A stretch of 55,709 bases of DNA, counting the filler, from Jimgerdemannia flammicorona (lineage: Eukaryota): the NCBI GenBank assembly GCA_003990765.1. It is 3 parts of 3 records of this genome, joined end to end, with 100 filler letters (N's around TTAATTAATTAA, not from the genome) between each part and the next. Parts side by side here need not be neighbours in the genome. Positions count along the whole stretch, not along the records: positions 1 to 18,504 come from RBNJ01002194.1; 2 more parts are not named here. One strand, given 5' to 3'. The notes beneath the pieces were generated by a model. It worked only from the letters and a program-made list of their open reading frames with translations, was not told where the DNA came from and searched no databases. The position numbers and the translations under genes are program-made. Shown in pieces: positions 1-12,429 of the stretch; positions within the stretch are counted from its first letter, which is position 1, and each line of letters starts with the position of its first letter.

Positions 1-760
1 GCCTTTACTCATTCTCTCTTTCATTCTCTCACTCTTTCTCCCTCACTTTCCATTTCTCACAGCTCGTCTTCTACTCTGTCCCACACTGCCTACTCAAGGT
101 GCATTGTGCATATTCTCTAAGCTTTTTTTATTTTTGAGGGGCCTTTACTCTCACTCATTCGCTCATTTGCTCACTCTCTATTTCTTGCAGCTCATCTTCT
201 ACATGCCTCACTGCTTGAAATGGCTGTCTCCGCTTCTTACTCAAGGTGTGTCATGTACATTCACCATGTTTTTTTTTTTTTTTTTGGGGAGCCTTTACTT
301 ATTTCCCCCTTCTTTCTCTCACTCTCTTCTGCACACCTCACTGCTTGAAAGGCTGTCCCATGCTCCCTACTCAAGGTGCATGGCACATATTCTCTGTGCT
401 TTTTTTTATTTTTGAGGGGCCTTTACTCTCGCTCATTCTCTCACTCTCTATTTCTCGCAGCTCATCTTCTACATACCTCACCGCTTACTTGAGGTGCATT
501 GTATACATTTACCATGTTTTTTTTTTTTTTTTTGGGTGTCCTTTACTCATTTCTGCCATTATTCTCTCACCCTCCCTCACTCTTCATTTCTTGCAGCTCA
601 TCTTCTATGCTGTCCTATGCTCTCTACTCAAGGTGTGTTGAATATATTCTCTGTGCTTTTTTTATTTTTGAGGGGCCTTTACTCTTGCTCATTCTCTCAT
701 TCTCTCACTCTCTATTTCTTGCAACTCGGCTTCCACATGCCTTGCTGCCTGAAAAAGTCA
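1..760. repeat. Degenerate tandem repeat, ~120-150 bp subunits alternating in two types
   Basis: Recurrent gcctttactc / gcagctcatcttcta / tactcaaggtg motifs with subunit starts near 1, 141, 291, 419, 540 and 675, separated by T-runs. Confidence 0.8.
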
Positions 761-884
761 CACCCTTCTGACATACTCATTTTTGGTATGTTGTATTTAT
801 TCTTGATATCAGCTTCCCACAACAAAGATGCTCACTGCAAAGATACTCGCTTGTCTGTGTGGGTAATTTGAAGACTGTTTGGGG

Positions 885-1180
885 GGGTGTCCCCTGATCT
901 GCACCAAAAATGTCCTCTCTCTTTCCCAAGGAGGACCTCTTGCAGCCTGTCTTCCTTACCCAGAAGGCCAGGTGAGGCAGAAGGCCAATTGAGGGGGTGT
1001 CTCTAGATTTGTGCTGATGACATCCTTTCTCTTTGGAGGAGGACCTCTCCCAGCCAGCTTTCCATATCTTTGGAGGACCCTGTATCTCAAGAAGATTGGA
1101 GGAGATCAATCAGAGGAGTGTCCTCTGATTTATGACAGCTATGTCCTCTCTCCTTGGAGGAGGACCTCTTCCAGCTGGTC
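885..1180. repeat. Three diverged ~110-120 bp direct repeats
   Basis: gtgtc(c/t)ctgat...gaggacctct(t/c)(g/c)cagc recurs near 888-950, 997-1056 and 1118-1178. Confidence 0.55.
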
Positions 1181-1972
1181 TCCAGCATCTTTTTGTAGTG
1201 GGCAGGCAGGCTGGCTTGCTGCCAACATAGCCCTGTGCCAGCTGGGGACTCCTGGCAGTCAGCCTTGGCCATCTTGCTATGACTGGAGACCAAGATGTCC
1301 TCTTGCTTCGGCCGCAAACTGGGCTCCTGCATACTTGCATGTATTTTTATTCTGTACTACACCAGTTTCCTCTGGAATATTTTTGTGAAATGGAGGAAGA
1401 TTTTGTCCCTGTTGACTTTGACATGGACAAATTGCTAACTGTTTCGAGACAGGAGTTGGAGGCTGCCTTGTCAACACCAGCTATTCTTCCATCAAGTGGA
1501 GTTATCCCAGAACTTGATTTTGGAAAACCTTTGGAATGTGATATTTTGGAAAAAATTTTGGGCTCGCTAGCTTATGTGATTGATACAAAATAAGGAATTG
1601 ATGTACTTCAGGAGGCATTTAGAAGTCCTTATTGTGAGGGATTGACTGAATTGTAGCATTTTCGTTTTCCTGAGAGTCCTTCTTTGACAGGTTTGAAGAT
1701 ATATAATTGAATTTTTCAATATCTTCCTGCTATTTGGGTAAGTTGCTTAGAATTCTGAGTATTTTTTTTTTTTTTTTAAGAAAGAAATCTCGCCAAACTT
1801 AGATTACTAAAAAAATTATTTTGCTTTTTAGAAGACAAAGAAGGATTGATGCAAAGTACAATTGGTAGATTTTTTGGATCAGTAACAACAATATTGGGAA
1901 GATCAATAAAACCTCAAGGCCAAATTTTTCCAGACTCAATTCTGTATTCCAAGTCTTTATGATTTTGAAATA

Positions 1973-3060
1973 TTGAAAATTCTGAGGCTTGATCTTTTAG
2001 TGGGGCAGACAACAACACTTTATATGCAGAATTTGGAGGAAGTTGGATATCAATATTCTGTCAAGTCTTCAGAAAAAGGATGTCAAAATCGATTTCCAAC
2101 TGCGATATTTTTGGAGTCTTCCATCTTACCAGCTGGCATCCTAAATTCACATCACAATTATATTATTCTGGATGCTGATACAGAGGAAGTTGTTCTAGTA
2201 GTTTGGAGAGGAATGTTGAGAGATCAAGTAAGCCAAGTTTTGATGGATGTTTGTGAGGAGGCTTTCAAAGTTCAGAAAGTTAGATTGCATGGCAAAGCTC
2301 AAACAGGGACTGGATCTTATGTGTCAGCTGGCTACACTTTGACCTATGCTGGTGGAATGCATTGTCATATTATACCTCTCAACAATTTTAGACCACAAAT
2401 TGGACAAGATAAATGAGAGGAACATGAAATAGCTATTATAGAGATGGCTTCACTTCTCTTTAACACTTCTTGTCAGATGTGGCAGCAAATTCCCCTACTT
2501 CAATCAATTTTTGAACAATTCAATGCTCCTTATTGCCTATCTCCTGAAGAAATTTTGGCATCCTCGGCATCTTTGGCATCCTCAACTTTGGTGTCAGAAT
2601 TCTCAACTTTATCACCAGCATCTACTTCAGCTTTGAAATTACCTGGAATTGATAGAGGTCAGATGAATCAGAGTCAATCTAGGATATATTTTAGACTTGG
2701 TGGATTTCAGTTTGAGCAAAATATAGTGAAAGTCAGCAATATATTTTTTGGATAATATGTAAGTTCTCTTACTCACACTGATCAAGATGTGACACCTGTT
2801 TCACTCTGTGTTGTCAAATGTAAAGGACAATATACTTCAAATCTGGAGGCTTATTCTATAATCTGACTTATGATATTGGAGTTCCACTAGAGTCAAATAT
2901 GATGATGGTATTTCACTCAAATCAACTACATGGTTCAATAGTTATTGGAGATGAAGAAGTTCTAAATAGCTTATCAATAAGTGTTTGTCATAGAACTTTA
3001 AAAGCTGTGAGCTGTTATAATAAATTTTTTGGAAATTTGAGAGAGCAAAAAAATCTGTAG
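1973..3060 (+). pseudogene. 2OG-Fe(II) dioxygenase pseudogene, TET/JBP-like
   Basis: One frame runs 1973-~2840 through premature stops at 2414 and 2753 and reaches SSLT-HTDQD (HxD at 2774). After a frameshift it continues GGLFYNLTYDIGVPLESNMMMVFHSNQL-H-GS (distal His at 2929) to TAG at 3060. ORF 1279-1593 may be an upstream exon. Confidence 0.6.
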
Positions 3061-3254
3061 ATATTTTGAATATTTGGTTATTGTTTTTTATATTGCATCT
3101 TAGTTTTTGAATATTTGATGGAAGTTTTGCTTTTTTCTTAGAAGTTCCATGAATATGGAGAGTTTTTTTACTTCAAAGGAATTGCTCTTTTTGGTGAGCT
3201 CCTTAATTTGCACTGGCTGGCTCCTAATATAGTTTATCATATGAAGAATTCAGG

Positions 3255-3454
3255 TCAATCTGAATTCACCACATGATAAATTCGAATTGATCTGAATTCA
3301 TCACATGATAAATTCAAACTGGTTCAAATTCATCATGGGACGAATTTGAATTAATTCAAATTTATCATGGCATGAATTCGAACTAACTCAAACTAGTCAT
3401 GTGGTTGGCAAATTTGAATCAGGTTTGAATTTCCCTGGCTCAATCAGACCACTA
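3255..3454. repeat. ~33-bp subterminal-type tandem repeats ending at a putative DNA-transposon terminus
   Basis: Repeated tgaattca.cacatgataaattc units. The array ends ...cagaccacta at 3454 (minus strand TAGTGGTC, hAT-like), where Copia sequence begins. Confidence 0.5.
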
Positions 3455-3457
3455 AGC

Positions 3458-6400
3458 ACATGTGATGCTAATTAGGCTTAAGACTTGGATGATCATTAGT
3501 CTATGACTGGATATCTCTTTCATATTAGCAAAAATAACAAAGAGTCCATCATTTTATGGTAAATATGTAAGCAGCACCATTTTAGACCTTTCTCCTGTAC
3601 AATTCATGTTACACCAACTTCAAGTAACAGTTTTTTGATATAACTCAGAGTAAAGGTATTAGAAAAATGTCATCGAGCAAGAGTTCTGATGGGCGTGCTG
3701 GGTCGGGTGGACCTGGGGCTTTCAGCTGGCAGAATGTGGGGAGGGGTATGGCCTGGGGATGGAGGCCTTTGGAGGGTTGAAGGACAGCGAGGGCTCTGGA
3801 GATAGACTAGTGTCTGGTGGCAGTAGCAGAAGGCCTGGCCCCCCAAGCTTTGCAGATAAGGTGAAGGGGAGTGGGTGGCTGGATCTAGAGCTGGTGCTAC
3901 TGCTGGGAAGGGCAAGGCGAGCCTAGGGAGGGTGGGAGGTACTCAGGTGGGGGAGGCAAGCATAGGTGCTGGAGGTGCTGTGGCTGGGGGTAGGACTGCT
4001 GATGGTAGTGTGATGGAGAATCAGGAGAAAAAAAGAGATGTGATGGCTAATGGTGGAGTGGGGCAAGGGTTCCCGATGTGGAAGGGAGATCTGACCGATG
4101 GTGTAATGGGGCTGGCAGTGGTACCATTACTCAGGAAATTGATCTCAGAGTTTGTGGTGACACTGTGCTTCCGAGGCTTGGTGGTGATGGCAAGGATGAT
4201 CCTGTGGCTTATTTTGAAGCAGGTGACTGGGGCTGCCTTGGTGAAGTTTCTGAAGGGTCTAGAGGGAGTTTAGGTGGGCTTTGAGGAGGCGGGCCCACTG
4301 GAAGAGGCTCTGAAGACTGGAGTGGCAGTTGGGGAAGTGGTGGTCCCTATGGTATACTGTCTGAGGTGGGACCCCAGGGTGGTACAGCTACTGGTGAAGG
4401 GGGTGCCTATAGTGACAAAGGAGGAGACTAGGAGGAGAGTGGAGGAGGTGATGGCAGAGTATAGTGATGTGGTGGATGTTAGCTTCTAGGTGTGGGAGGG
4501 GACCTCCATCAGGACAGAAGATGTGGATGTTAGGATTAGACTGGCTGGAAGAGAGACCATGGAGAAGACATGTGACTGGCCCTTGGTGTTGATGTGGGGG
4601 GGCTTTTGTCTACAAGGTATTGAGGGTGAGAGGGAGTGAAGAGGAGGAAGAGAACCTGTTGGAGGCCCTGGAGGAGTTGAGTGGTACTGTTGAGAGGAGG
4701 GCGAGGGCCTGGAGATTGTTTGAGGAGTCAACGCATCTGGAGATTGTTGATGAAAAGCGGATTCGAACTGACAAGAAGCAGTGGGAGAGGGCTCAGGGGC
4801 ACAGAAGGCAGCAAGAGCTGCTAGTGAGCATGGAAGGAGGGGATAAGATGAAGGCTGGGGGCCCTGAGAAGTCTGGGGGAGTAGAGGCAAGTGTCTGGAC
4901 TAGCAAGGGAGGTGGTGATAGGGTGGAGGGCCTGGAAGGGGCTGCAAAGGCACCACTCAAGGACTCATTTGCTGATGGTACTTTCAAGGTCTGGGACCCA
5001 GTCATGGATGATACTCCCCCTCTTATCAGGCAGGGTCCAGCAGCGAGAGGTTGGGCAGCAGAGGATGAGCTGATGTGGGGTGCCCAGCAAGTGCACTTTG
5101 GGATTCCTGATGTGGTGAAGGGTGGACAGGTGGTGGCTGTTAGAGAGGATGAATTGGTGGATGTCCCTGAGGAGAGATGGGATGAGACAGCAAGTGTAGG
5201 GGCAGATACTATGATGTTGGATGCAGGGAGGCCAGGGACACCAGGAGGGAAGGAGGTGGGAAACCTGCTGTTGATGAGTAAGGTGATGGATAACCTTGTA
5301 GCTGAGGAGTTGGGGGAAGTGGACTTGAGAGTGATGAGTGAGGAGCATTGGGCAGGGATTATGCAGGGAGAGGGAGTGGTGGGGGCACTGAAGGCAGAGA
5401 TCCTGGCAATTTTCTTGGAGGAGGAGGGATATGAGATTGATAAGGAGAGGGAGGCAGAGCTTGCAGTTGTTGCTGGTGAGAGGGCTGCCTACTGTTGGGC
5501 TGAGTGGCATGGTTTGCACCTCTGGCAGGAGGCATGCCTGGAGTATCATGAGGACTTCTAGAAAAAGGAGATTGGGGTGATGGCTGAACTTCTGGAAGGG
5601 TTGGAGGCACGGGCAGCTGAGAAGAAGGTGCTGGCTGCTGAACATGACTTGGACTTAGTACAGGAGGAGTTGAATGCGGATTTGTAGAGGCTGCAACTGA
5701 TAATTCAACATTATTCCTAATGAACAGTACAACTAACATTTTCTCTCTGAATGTGAATGGATTGCAGGGCTCTGGGTGATGTAAGAACATTTTTACTTGG
5801 CTTAAGGGATTGGAGGCTGATCTCTTTTTACTGCAGGATGTATGGTGTGAGGATGAGACTGATCAAGTGGAGTAGACTAGAGAATGGGGAGGAGCTACTG
5901 CTTGGAATGGCAAAGTGGTGATTCTGGTAAGGAAGGGTAGAGGGGACTTGGGTAGAATTCAGAGCTGGGGTAACTGTTTGGTCTGGAGAGAATGGTATCG
6001 ACCTGGGTGGGAATCAGTGAGAGTTGGCTCCTGCTACTGCCCTGTAGTTAGGGGTGAGCAGATTGAGTGGATTAGAGATCTGTTAAAGGAGGGTGGCTTC
6101 TTAGAGAAAGGTGTCAACATTCTGGGAGGTGACTTTAATATGGTGTGGGATCCATGGCTGGATAGAACTGATGGAGGGAGGGGTGCAGGTAGAAGGAGTG
6201 GTGGACTAGATAAGTGGGAGGAGGTAGAGATCCTTAGCTCCTTAGGGGATATGGGCAGAACATGGTGGGGTGACAGGAGGGTCTATACACACTGGGTTAA
6301 TGGACTGGGTATGAGGATTGACTGGATTCTGATGGCCAAATATTGGGGTATTAATGTTTGGAGGACTTTGGCAGTAGACTGGTGCTCTTGGTCAGATTAC

Positions 6401-9400
6401 TGGGGACTATTGAGGCAGGGACAGTTTGGGGGGAGTGGAGATGGACCCAGACATTGGTACCTTAACTCCTCCCTGCTGGCTGAGCAGGGTTTGTGGGACC
6501 CATGGGTGGTGGATGTCCAAGTGAAGATCACCACCTGGATAAGTGAGGGTGCATCTGTGGGTGTCCGGTGGATGAGGCTGAAGGAGGCTGCTAGGGTTTA
6601 TTGGGGAGGAGCTGGTAGGGAGGCTGGGAGGCAGTGAAGGAAGAGAGTGAGGTATGCTTCCAATAGGCTGATGAGATTGCAGATGGATTGGGCCGAGTTG
6701 CTTTGATCTGAAGAGATGGAGGATTGGAGGTTGGAGCAGGTGAAATTGGAGATAATAGAGCTGCAACATGTATTGCAAGCTGAGGAGGAGATTCGTATGA
6801 AAGGTATGGCTGCCAGACTACAGTGGCAGGGGCTTGAGGAGGGAGAGTGGCCCACTAGATACCTGTCAAGGCTCCTCTAAGCTAGGAGGGTGCGACATTG
6901 ATGGGATGGAGTCTTGGATGCTGAGGGAGATATGGTGCATAGCACACAACAGATCTTGGGAGTACTGAAGGAAAGATGGAGGGCTCTGTAGAGTGAGAAG
7001 GAAGGGGGTGCTAATGAAGAGGCGATTGAGGACTCACTGGAGGAGTGGGGGCCACTGCAAGTAGAAGGACTGGGTGATTTGATCTTACCGGTCCAAGAGG
7101 AGGAAATCCAGAGAGTCCTTGCAGCAACTAAGCTGGGGACAGCACCAGATGAGGATGGATTACCTTGGGACTTCTGGAAAAATATGGCAAAGGTCCCTGG
7201 AGTTTTAGGAGAGATGGCTGCACTCTGTGACTATATTCTTCTGAATGACAAGTGGGTTGGAGAGCAGGACCTGGGGCTGGTGGCCTTATTGTACAAGGAT
7301 AAGGGGAGGAGGGAGGACTGGAAGAACTGGAGGCCAATCATGCTTCTGAATATGGACAGGAAGATAGTGACTAAGGTGATTGTTGCGAGGCTACAGAAGG
7401 TTGCCCAACAGGTGCTGGGGGAGGAGCAGAGGGGCTTTGTGGGAGGCAGGCTTATTAGGGAATGGACTGCCTGGGTGCACGGCATCATTGAAGGGGCCCG
7501 GGCTTGTGGACTAGATGGTAGACTGGTCTTTTTGGACCAGGAGAAGGCCTATGACCATGTTCAGCAGATCTGGCTAGACAAGGTGCTGGACAGAATTGGT
7601 GTTCCTCCATGGTTTCAGACTTTTTGTTGAATTTGTTAGAGGGCAGTAGGGCAGTGCTAATGTGTAATGGTCACTGGAGTTTGGCATTTCCCTTGGGAAG
7701 AGGAGTTCCTCAGAGAGACCTGCTGTCTCCTATCCTTTATGCCCTTTCATTGGAACCTTTGATGGATAGGATCCGTCAGAGGGTGGCAGGGCTCTCTATA
7801 TATGGTGTGGTGTAGAAGATGGGGGCCTTTGCGAATGATATGGTAGTTGGACTTGGATCAGTGGCAGATGTTGAGGCACTTAAGGAGACAGTGGAATGGT
7901 ATGAGGTGCACTCTGGGGGGAAACTCAACTGGCATAAGTGTGAGACAATAGTGTTAGGGAATGGGCTAGTGAGAGGGGGCATCATTGGAACAATTGTCCC
8001 TACAGAAGAGGTGGTGCAGTATTTGGGCATCTTTTTTTCTATATATGGATCTGTCTTACCTCAAATATGGTGGGAGAGGTGAGTGGCCATTTGGGGGAAG
8101 GCTCTTCGAGGTTGGGGGGGTCGCCACATCTCTCTGGTGGGGCAGGTGTCAATTCTGAATGTCTACTGGTTCCCCAAGCTATGGTATGTGGCCTATCACT
8201 TAGATTTCCCAGCTTGGGTGGTGAAGAAACTGACTAAACTGGCTAGGGATTAAATTTGGGCAGGGAGGAGGTCTCAGATTGGTTGGGATACTCTTGTAAC
8301 ACCAGTGGTTAGAGGAGGACTAGGCCTGGTGGATTCTCTAAGTGACTACACTGCCTGCAAGCCTGGTGGTTGAAAAGAGCTATGGAACTGCAGGGAGAAG
8401 GTTGGGTGCCACTGATGCAGAAGGTGTGGGAGATGAGGTTCTCTCCTTGGGGGTCCTCAGGAGATTTGCTCTCTCTGGTGGACCTGACTGGAAGTTGATG
8501 GCTATGGTATAAGGGCTTCTGGTGGGGGGTGGTGGATGGAGTACACCAGATAGGCCTGTGCTGATGAGGGAATGAGAGGGGAGGTGCTGTGGGGTCCAGC
8601 TATGTGGCAGTAGGACAGACTCCTTCTGGGGGGTGTTCTGCTTAATGAGTTTGATATTGGTGATAGGGTGGAGTGTCAGCAGGGATCTGGCCAGGATCTT
8701 TGGCCAAGTAGTTGGCAGGCAGTGGGGATTGGTGAGGAGTGGGACTGGGCAGGAGTCTGGTCATGGAGTGCTGAGGTGTGGAGGTGACTTCCTCCCAAGT
8801 TCTGGGTGGTATGGTGGTGGATGCTGAGGAGGAATATCATGCTAAATTTCTGTGCTGGGCATCTGGTGGATGGTGGCCAATTCGATTGTGAGGAGTGTTA
8901 TAATGTAGGGCAAGTTGGGGGATTTGTGCAAATACCAGAACATTGGCTAGGAGAGTGTGAAGTTCTTGGGGACTTTTGGATAGCAGTAGGGGACCGCCTG
9001 GGTGTGGTGAGGAGGCCAGATAGAGAGAGAGGTTGCTGGGAGGATTTGAAATCTCGTTTAGTGGGGGGTGTTGACAATGGTTGGCTCACTGTAGAGTGGG
9101 TTTTAGTGGTGTGGGTAGGGCTGGCTGGATATTGACTCTTTGTTTTTGAGGAGGGCTGACAGATAGGTGTCCAGGAGAAGTTGTTAAGGTGGGAGGGGTT
9201 GTTGGGTGATTTGCTGACTAGGTGGTGGATTGGTTGGGGTCTCCAGGGTGGGTGACGTCACCAACTGATGGAAGGGATCTGTAAACAGAGTGGTGGGCAA
9301 GTGCTGCTAGTGTCTGACAAAGTGGTCTTTCATCACAAGGGGATAGGGGGGGGAGGGGGTGGGGGTGGAGAGCCCCCTAGGAGGATCGAGTAGGGGTGGA

Positions 9401-10307
9401 CATTGTATATTTATAGGAGATTAGATGGTTGTATTAATAGTGGTAATAAAGGGAAGTCCAAGTGACTATAAAAAAAATAAAATAAAATAAAATAAATAAA
9501 TATATGTATAAGCAGAGTTCTGTGGTAACATCATCAATATAAGTAGAGTACCAGATATTGTTATTAGCAACAAAGGAAGCCATTTAGCTCTGTGAGCTTT
9601 AAAAGAACTCAAATTCACTCAGAAAAGCACTATACTATAACAGGATAATCAGTCTATAATTATACTTACCAAAAATCCAATACATTATAGCAGAATGAAA
9701 CATATCAATATACAGTATTATTTTATATACAAATATATGGAAAACGGTGCTATATACTTAGAATACATCCCCACAGAGTATATGATTGCATACTCATTGA
9801 CCAAAGCTCTTCCAAAGCCAAAGTTTAAGCAATATACTAAAGGAATGAGTCTTATAAGCTATATACCAGCATTTGGTTAATTATGTGACTTTTCAGGCTA
9901 TTAAAAGCCTTCCATACTACATATATGTTGGTTACATCTCTCATCTATGAGTGGATTATATATATATATTATATTCTTCACATTTTTCACCTATGAGTAG
10001 ATATTTCAGATGTATTATGGAATACTTTTCAACCCATGAAAATTCCTAGATAGTTGTAATTCTGGGTTATATATAGTTCTAGTTTTTGTATATATTATAT
10101 TACTTTTTATTCTAGTTTGCATTCCTTCCTTTTTGGGTATATGTTGTATTCTTTTTGGTTACATATCTTATTGAGTGAGAGTGTTGGAATAATAACTCAA
10201 TATGTCAGTATGTGATCTTATGTCATGTTATCAGATTTAAGTTATTTATCAGTAAAGTATAATATATATGACCTACACAACTTCAATAAAACACCTCTCT
10301 TTACAAT
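3458..10307 (+). mobile_element. Ty1/Copia 3' fragment (RNase H, PPT, 3' LTR) interrupted by a LINE
   Basis: 3458-3574 encodes DAN*A-DLDDH*SMTGYLF. The frame resumes at 9504 (KQSSV...EYQ...MKHINIQYYFI...LTKALPKPKF). PPT ttgagtgagag at 10171-10181, then an LTR at 10182-~10307 similar to the LTRs at 12430 and 17400. Confidence 0.8.
3575..9503 (+). mobile_element. Apparently full-length degenerate non-LTR retrotransposon (L1/Tx1-like)
   Basis: ORF1 remnants at ~3667-5560. ORF2 from ATG 5720 has APE motifs (IFSLNVNGL, LGGDFNMV, RIDWIL, WSD) and RT motifs (WRPIMLLNMDRKI, FLDQEKAYDHV, RGVPQRDLLSPILY, AFANDM), plus C-terminal CxxC...EH...C. (TAAAA)n tail at 9469-9500 and a degenerate TSD. Confidence 0.92.
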
Positions 10308-10319
10308 ACTTACAATAGA

Positions 10320-11900
10320 AATTTTATCAGAAATTTTAATAAAACTGCTTCACTAATCTGAATCCTGATTAAGAAAAAAGTATTATATAAATAGAAAGAA
10401 TTACAATAACTAGCCTTTAAAAAACTCAAGTACTATATGACTACAGTACTAGTCCTTATATAACTCAACTTGTAGAAGTCATTTATTTTATATATAAATA
10501 CTTCTAAAGATGACCTTAGTTTAGTCCTAGTTCAAGAAAAACCTAATCAGTAATATTATATAATAGCTTATATATTCTGAGCTACTAATAAGCAGTAAGT
10601 CAACTATGGCAACACCAAATTGAAATATCTTGTAGTCATATGAGCAGTTACTCTGTTTAAGTATTATCTTATTAGAAAAAAAATTAACTCTAATAACTTA
10701 TCATGCTGTCCTCAAATAGCTATTTAACTATCAGAAATCTATTGAAATTCTTATCTACTAGATTCTAATTCTATAAGATTACAAAATCATCATTATCTAT
10801 AAAGTAGAGAAAGCTCACAATAATATTGATATACTTTCTCATTAAACTCAATAAACTAAAAGAATAGTATTCTTCAGAACTATATTCTAAAGGAAGTTCC
10901 TATGATTATCAGAGAACAAGAAGACTATATCTGACAAGAACACTAAAAAGCTCACTAAGGCTAAGTGAACATAGAAGAGAAGCTGTGAACAATATATTAA
11001 CACTGATCCAATCTCAGAATATAAATCAGAGATATATTTAAAATATGTAACATCTGCCAGAAGTATTAAGAAAAGAAGAACTATCAGGTACTACTATAAC
11101 TAATTGTACTATCTGTCCATATTTTTTAAAGATAGAGAGTAGATATTATTAGACTCCTACTATTTATACTAAGAAGAAATAAATATATCTCAGTATTTGT
11201 AGAATATCTGACCAAATAGCTTAAAGCTTTCCCAATGGAAATTCCTGATATCTTGATCATTGCTGATCTCCTCTATAGCCTCATACTTAGATATAGATCA
11301 TCAGAAGAACTTATCTCTGACTATAGTATAGAATTTATTAATAAGTTAATTATAACTTATATAAATTCATAAAATCCACCTAAAAAGAACTACATTATAC
11401 TACTCTCAAATCAATAGAATGATAGAACAAATGAACCAAACCATCAAGAAAGAACTTGTCTAAGTCAATCCTATTAACTGAGACCTCTGCTAATCTGAGA
11501 TCCTATGGAAAATTCAGAATACTTCTACTATCTCTACTAAATAAAGACTATTTGAAATAGTATTTGCTAAGAAAGCCAGAACAGCTGACTATGAGAACCT
11601 CAAAGAACTTCTGGAAAAGTTAGAATAATTATAAAATTAAGCCCAAGCTCAGATAATCAAGATCTAAGAAAATTAGAGAAAGTATTATAACTAAAAGCAA
11701 AAGATCAAGTTCTTATTTGGAGAAGTATGATTAAAACTAATTTTGCTATCAAATTAGAGCCTAAATAAGAAGAGTCTTATCTATATACAATATCAAAGAA
11801 ATAGGTTCTATATAAGAAGTATAGGTAGACATACTCTGAGGACCCTAATCTATATAAATTATCTCAAAAAATATTTACTATCCATACTATGAATCAGTAG
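10320..11900 (+). mobile_element. Ty3/Gypsy pol remnant (RNase H and integrase)
   Basis: Degraded AFKKLK...KSFILYINTSKDDLSLVLVQE (RNase H) near 10410-10540 and YYSQINRMIEQMNQTIK (integrase YHPQTNGxVERxN) near 11400-11450. Many stops. Confidence 0.75.
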
Positions 11901-12429
11901 ATTGACCACTATCTCCAGATCCTTATCCTCAGCTTCTTCTAGACTATATCAGTTCTTTTACTTCAGTTCTATGAAACTAATAAAATCTGCCTCTAATAAA
12001 TCTAGATATTAAGAGAATCTCATCTTAGTAAAATATCTAATATAAATCTACTAGCTGTAGGCCTACTATAAAATTTATAAATAACTATAAGATCTTCTAG
12101 CTATAGAACAGACTTATATCTACAATACTACTGATCTATCTAGAAAGAATATTACTACAGCTGATAGCCTTTATATTATTTATAAATAAAATTTCATCAT
12201 ACTGATATAAGCCCAGTTATCTCTAAGTGATATATAAAGAATTAATATAGTCTTATTTTCTGAGAAAGAAGTAAAACATTTAAAATAGAGTAATCCAGAT
12301 ATAGGAGAAGATAGTAATATAGATATAGATGTAGAAAATACTTATGGTTATCAGAATAATGATTAAAGGACAGTCTGAAATAGCTATCCTTTAGTAGAAG
12401 CTGATGTAATGAGTAAATACTATAGTATA

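Noticed and set aside
104..871. Overlapping Phe/Leu-rich ORFs
   Set aside because: By-products of the pyrimidine-rich tandem repeat.
3255..3440. CRISPR-like ~33-bp periodicity
   Set aside because: Units are contiguous and degenerate with no unique spacers and no cas genes, in a eukaryotic context.
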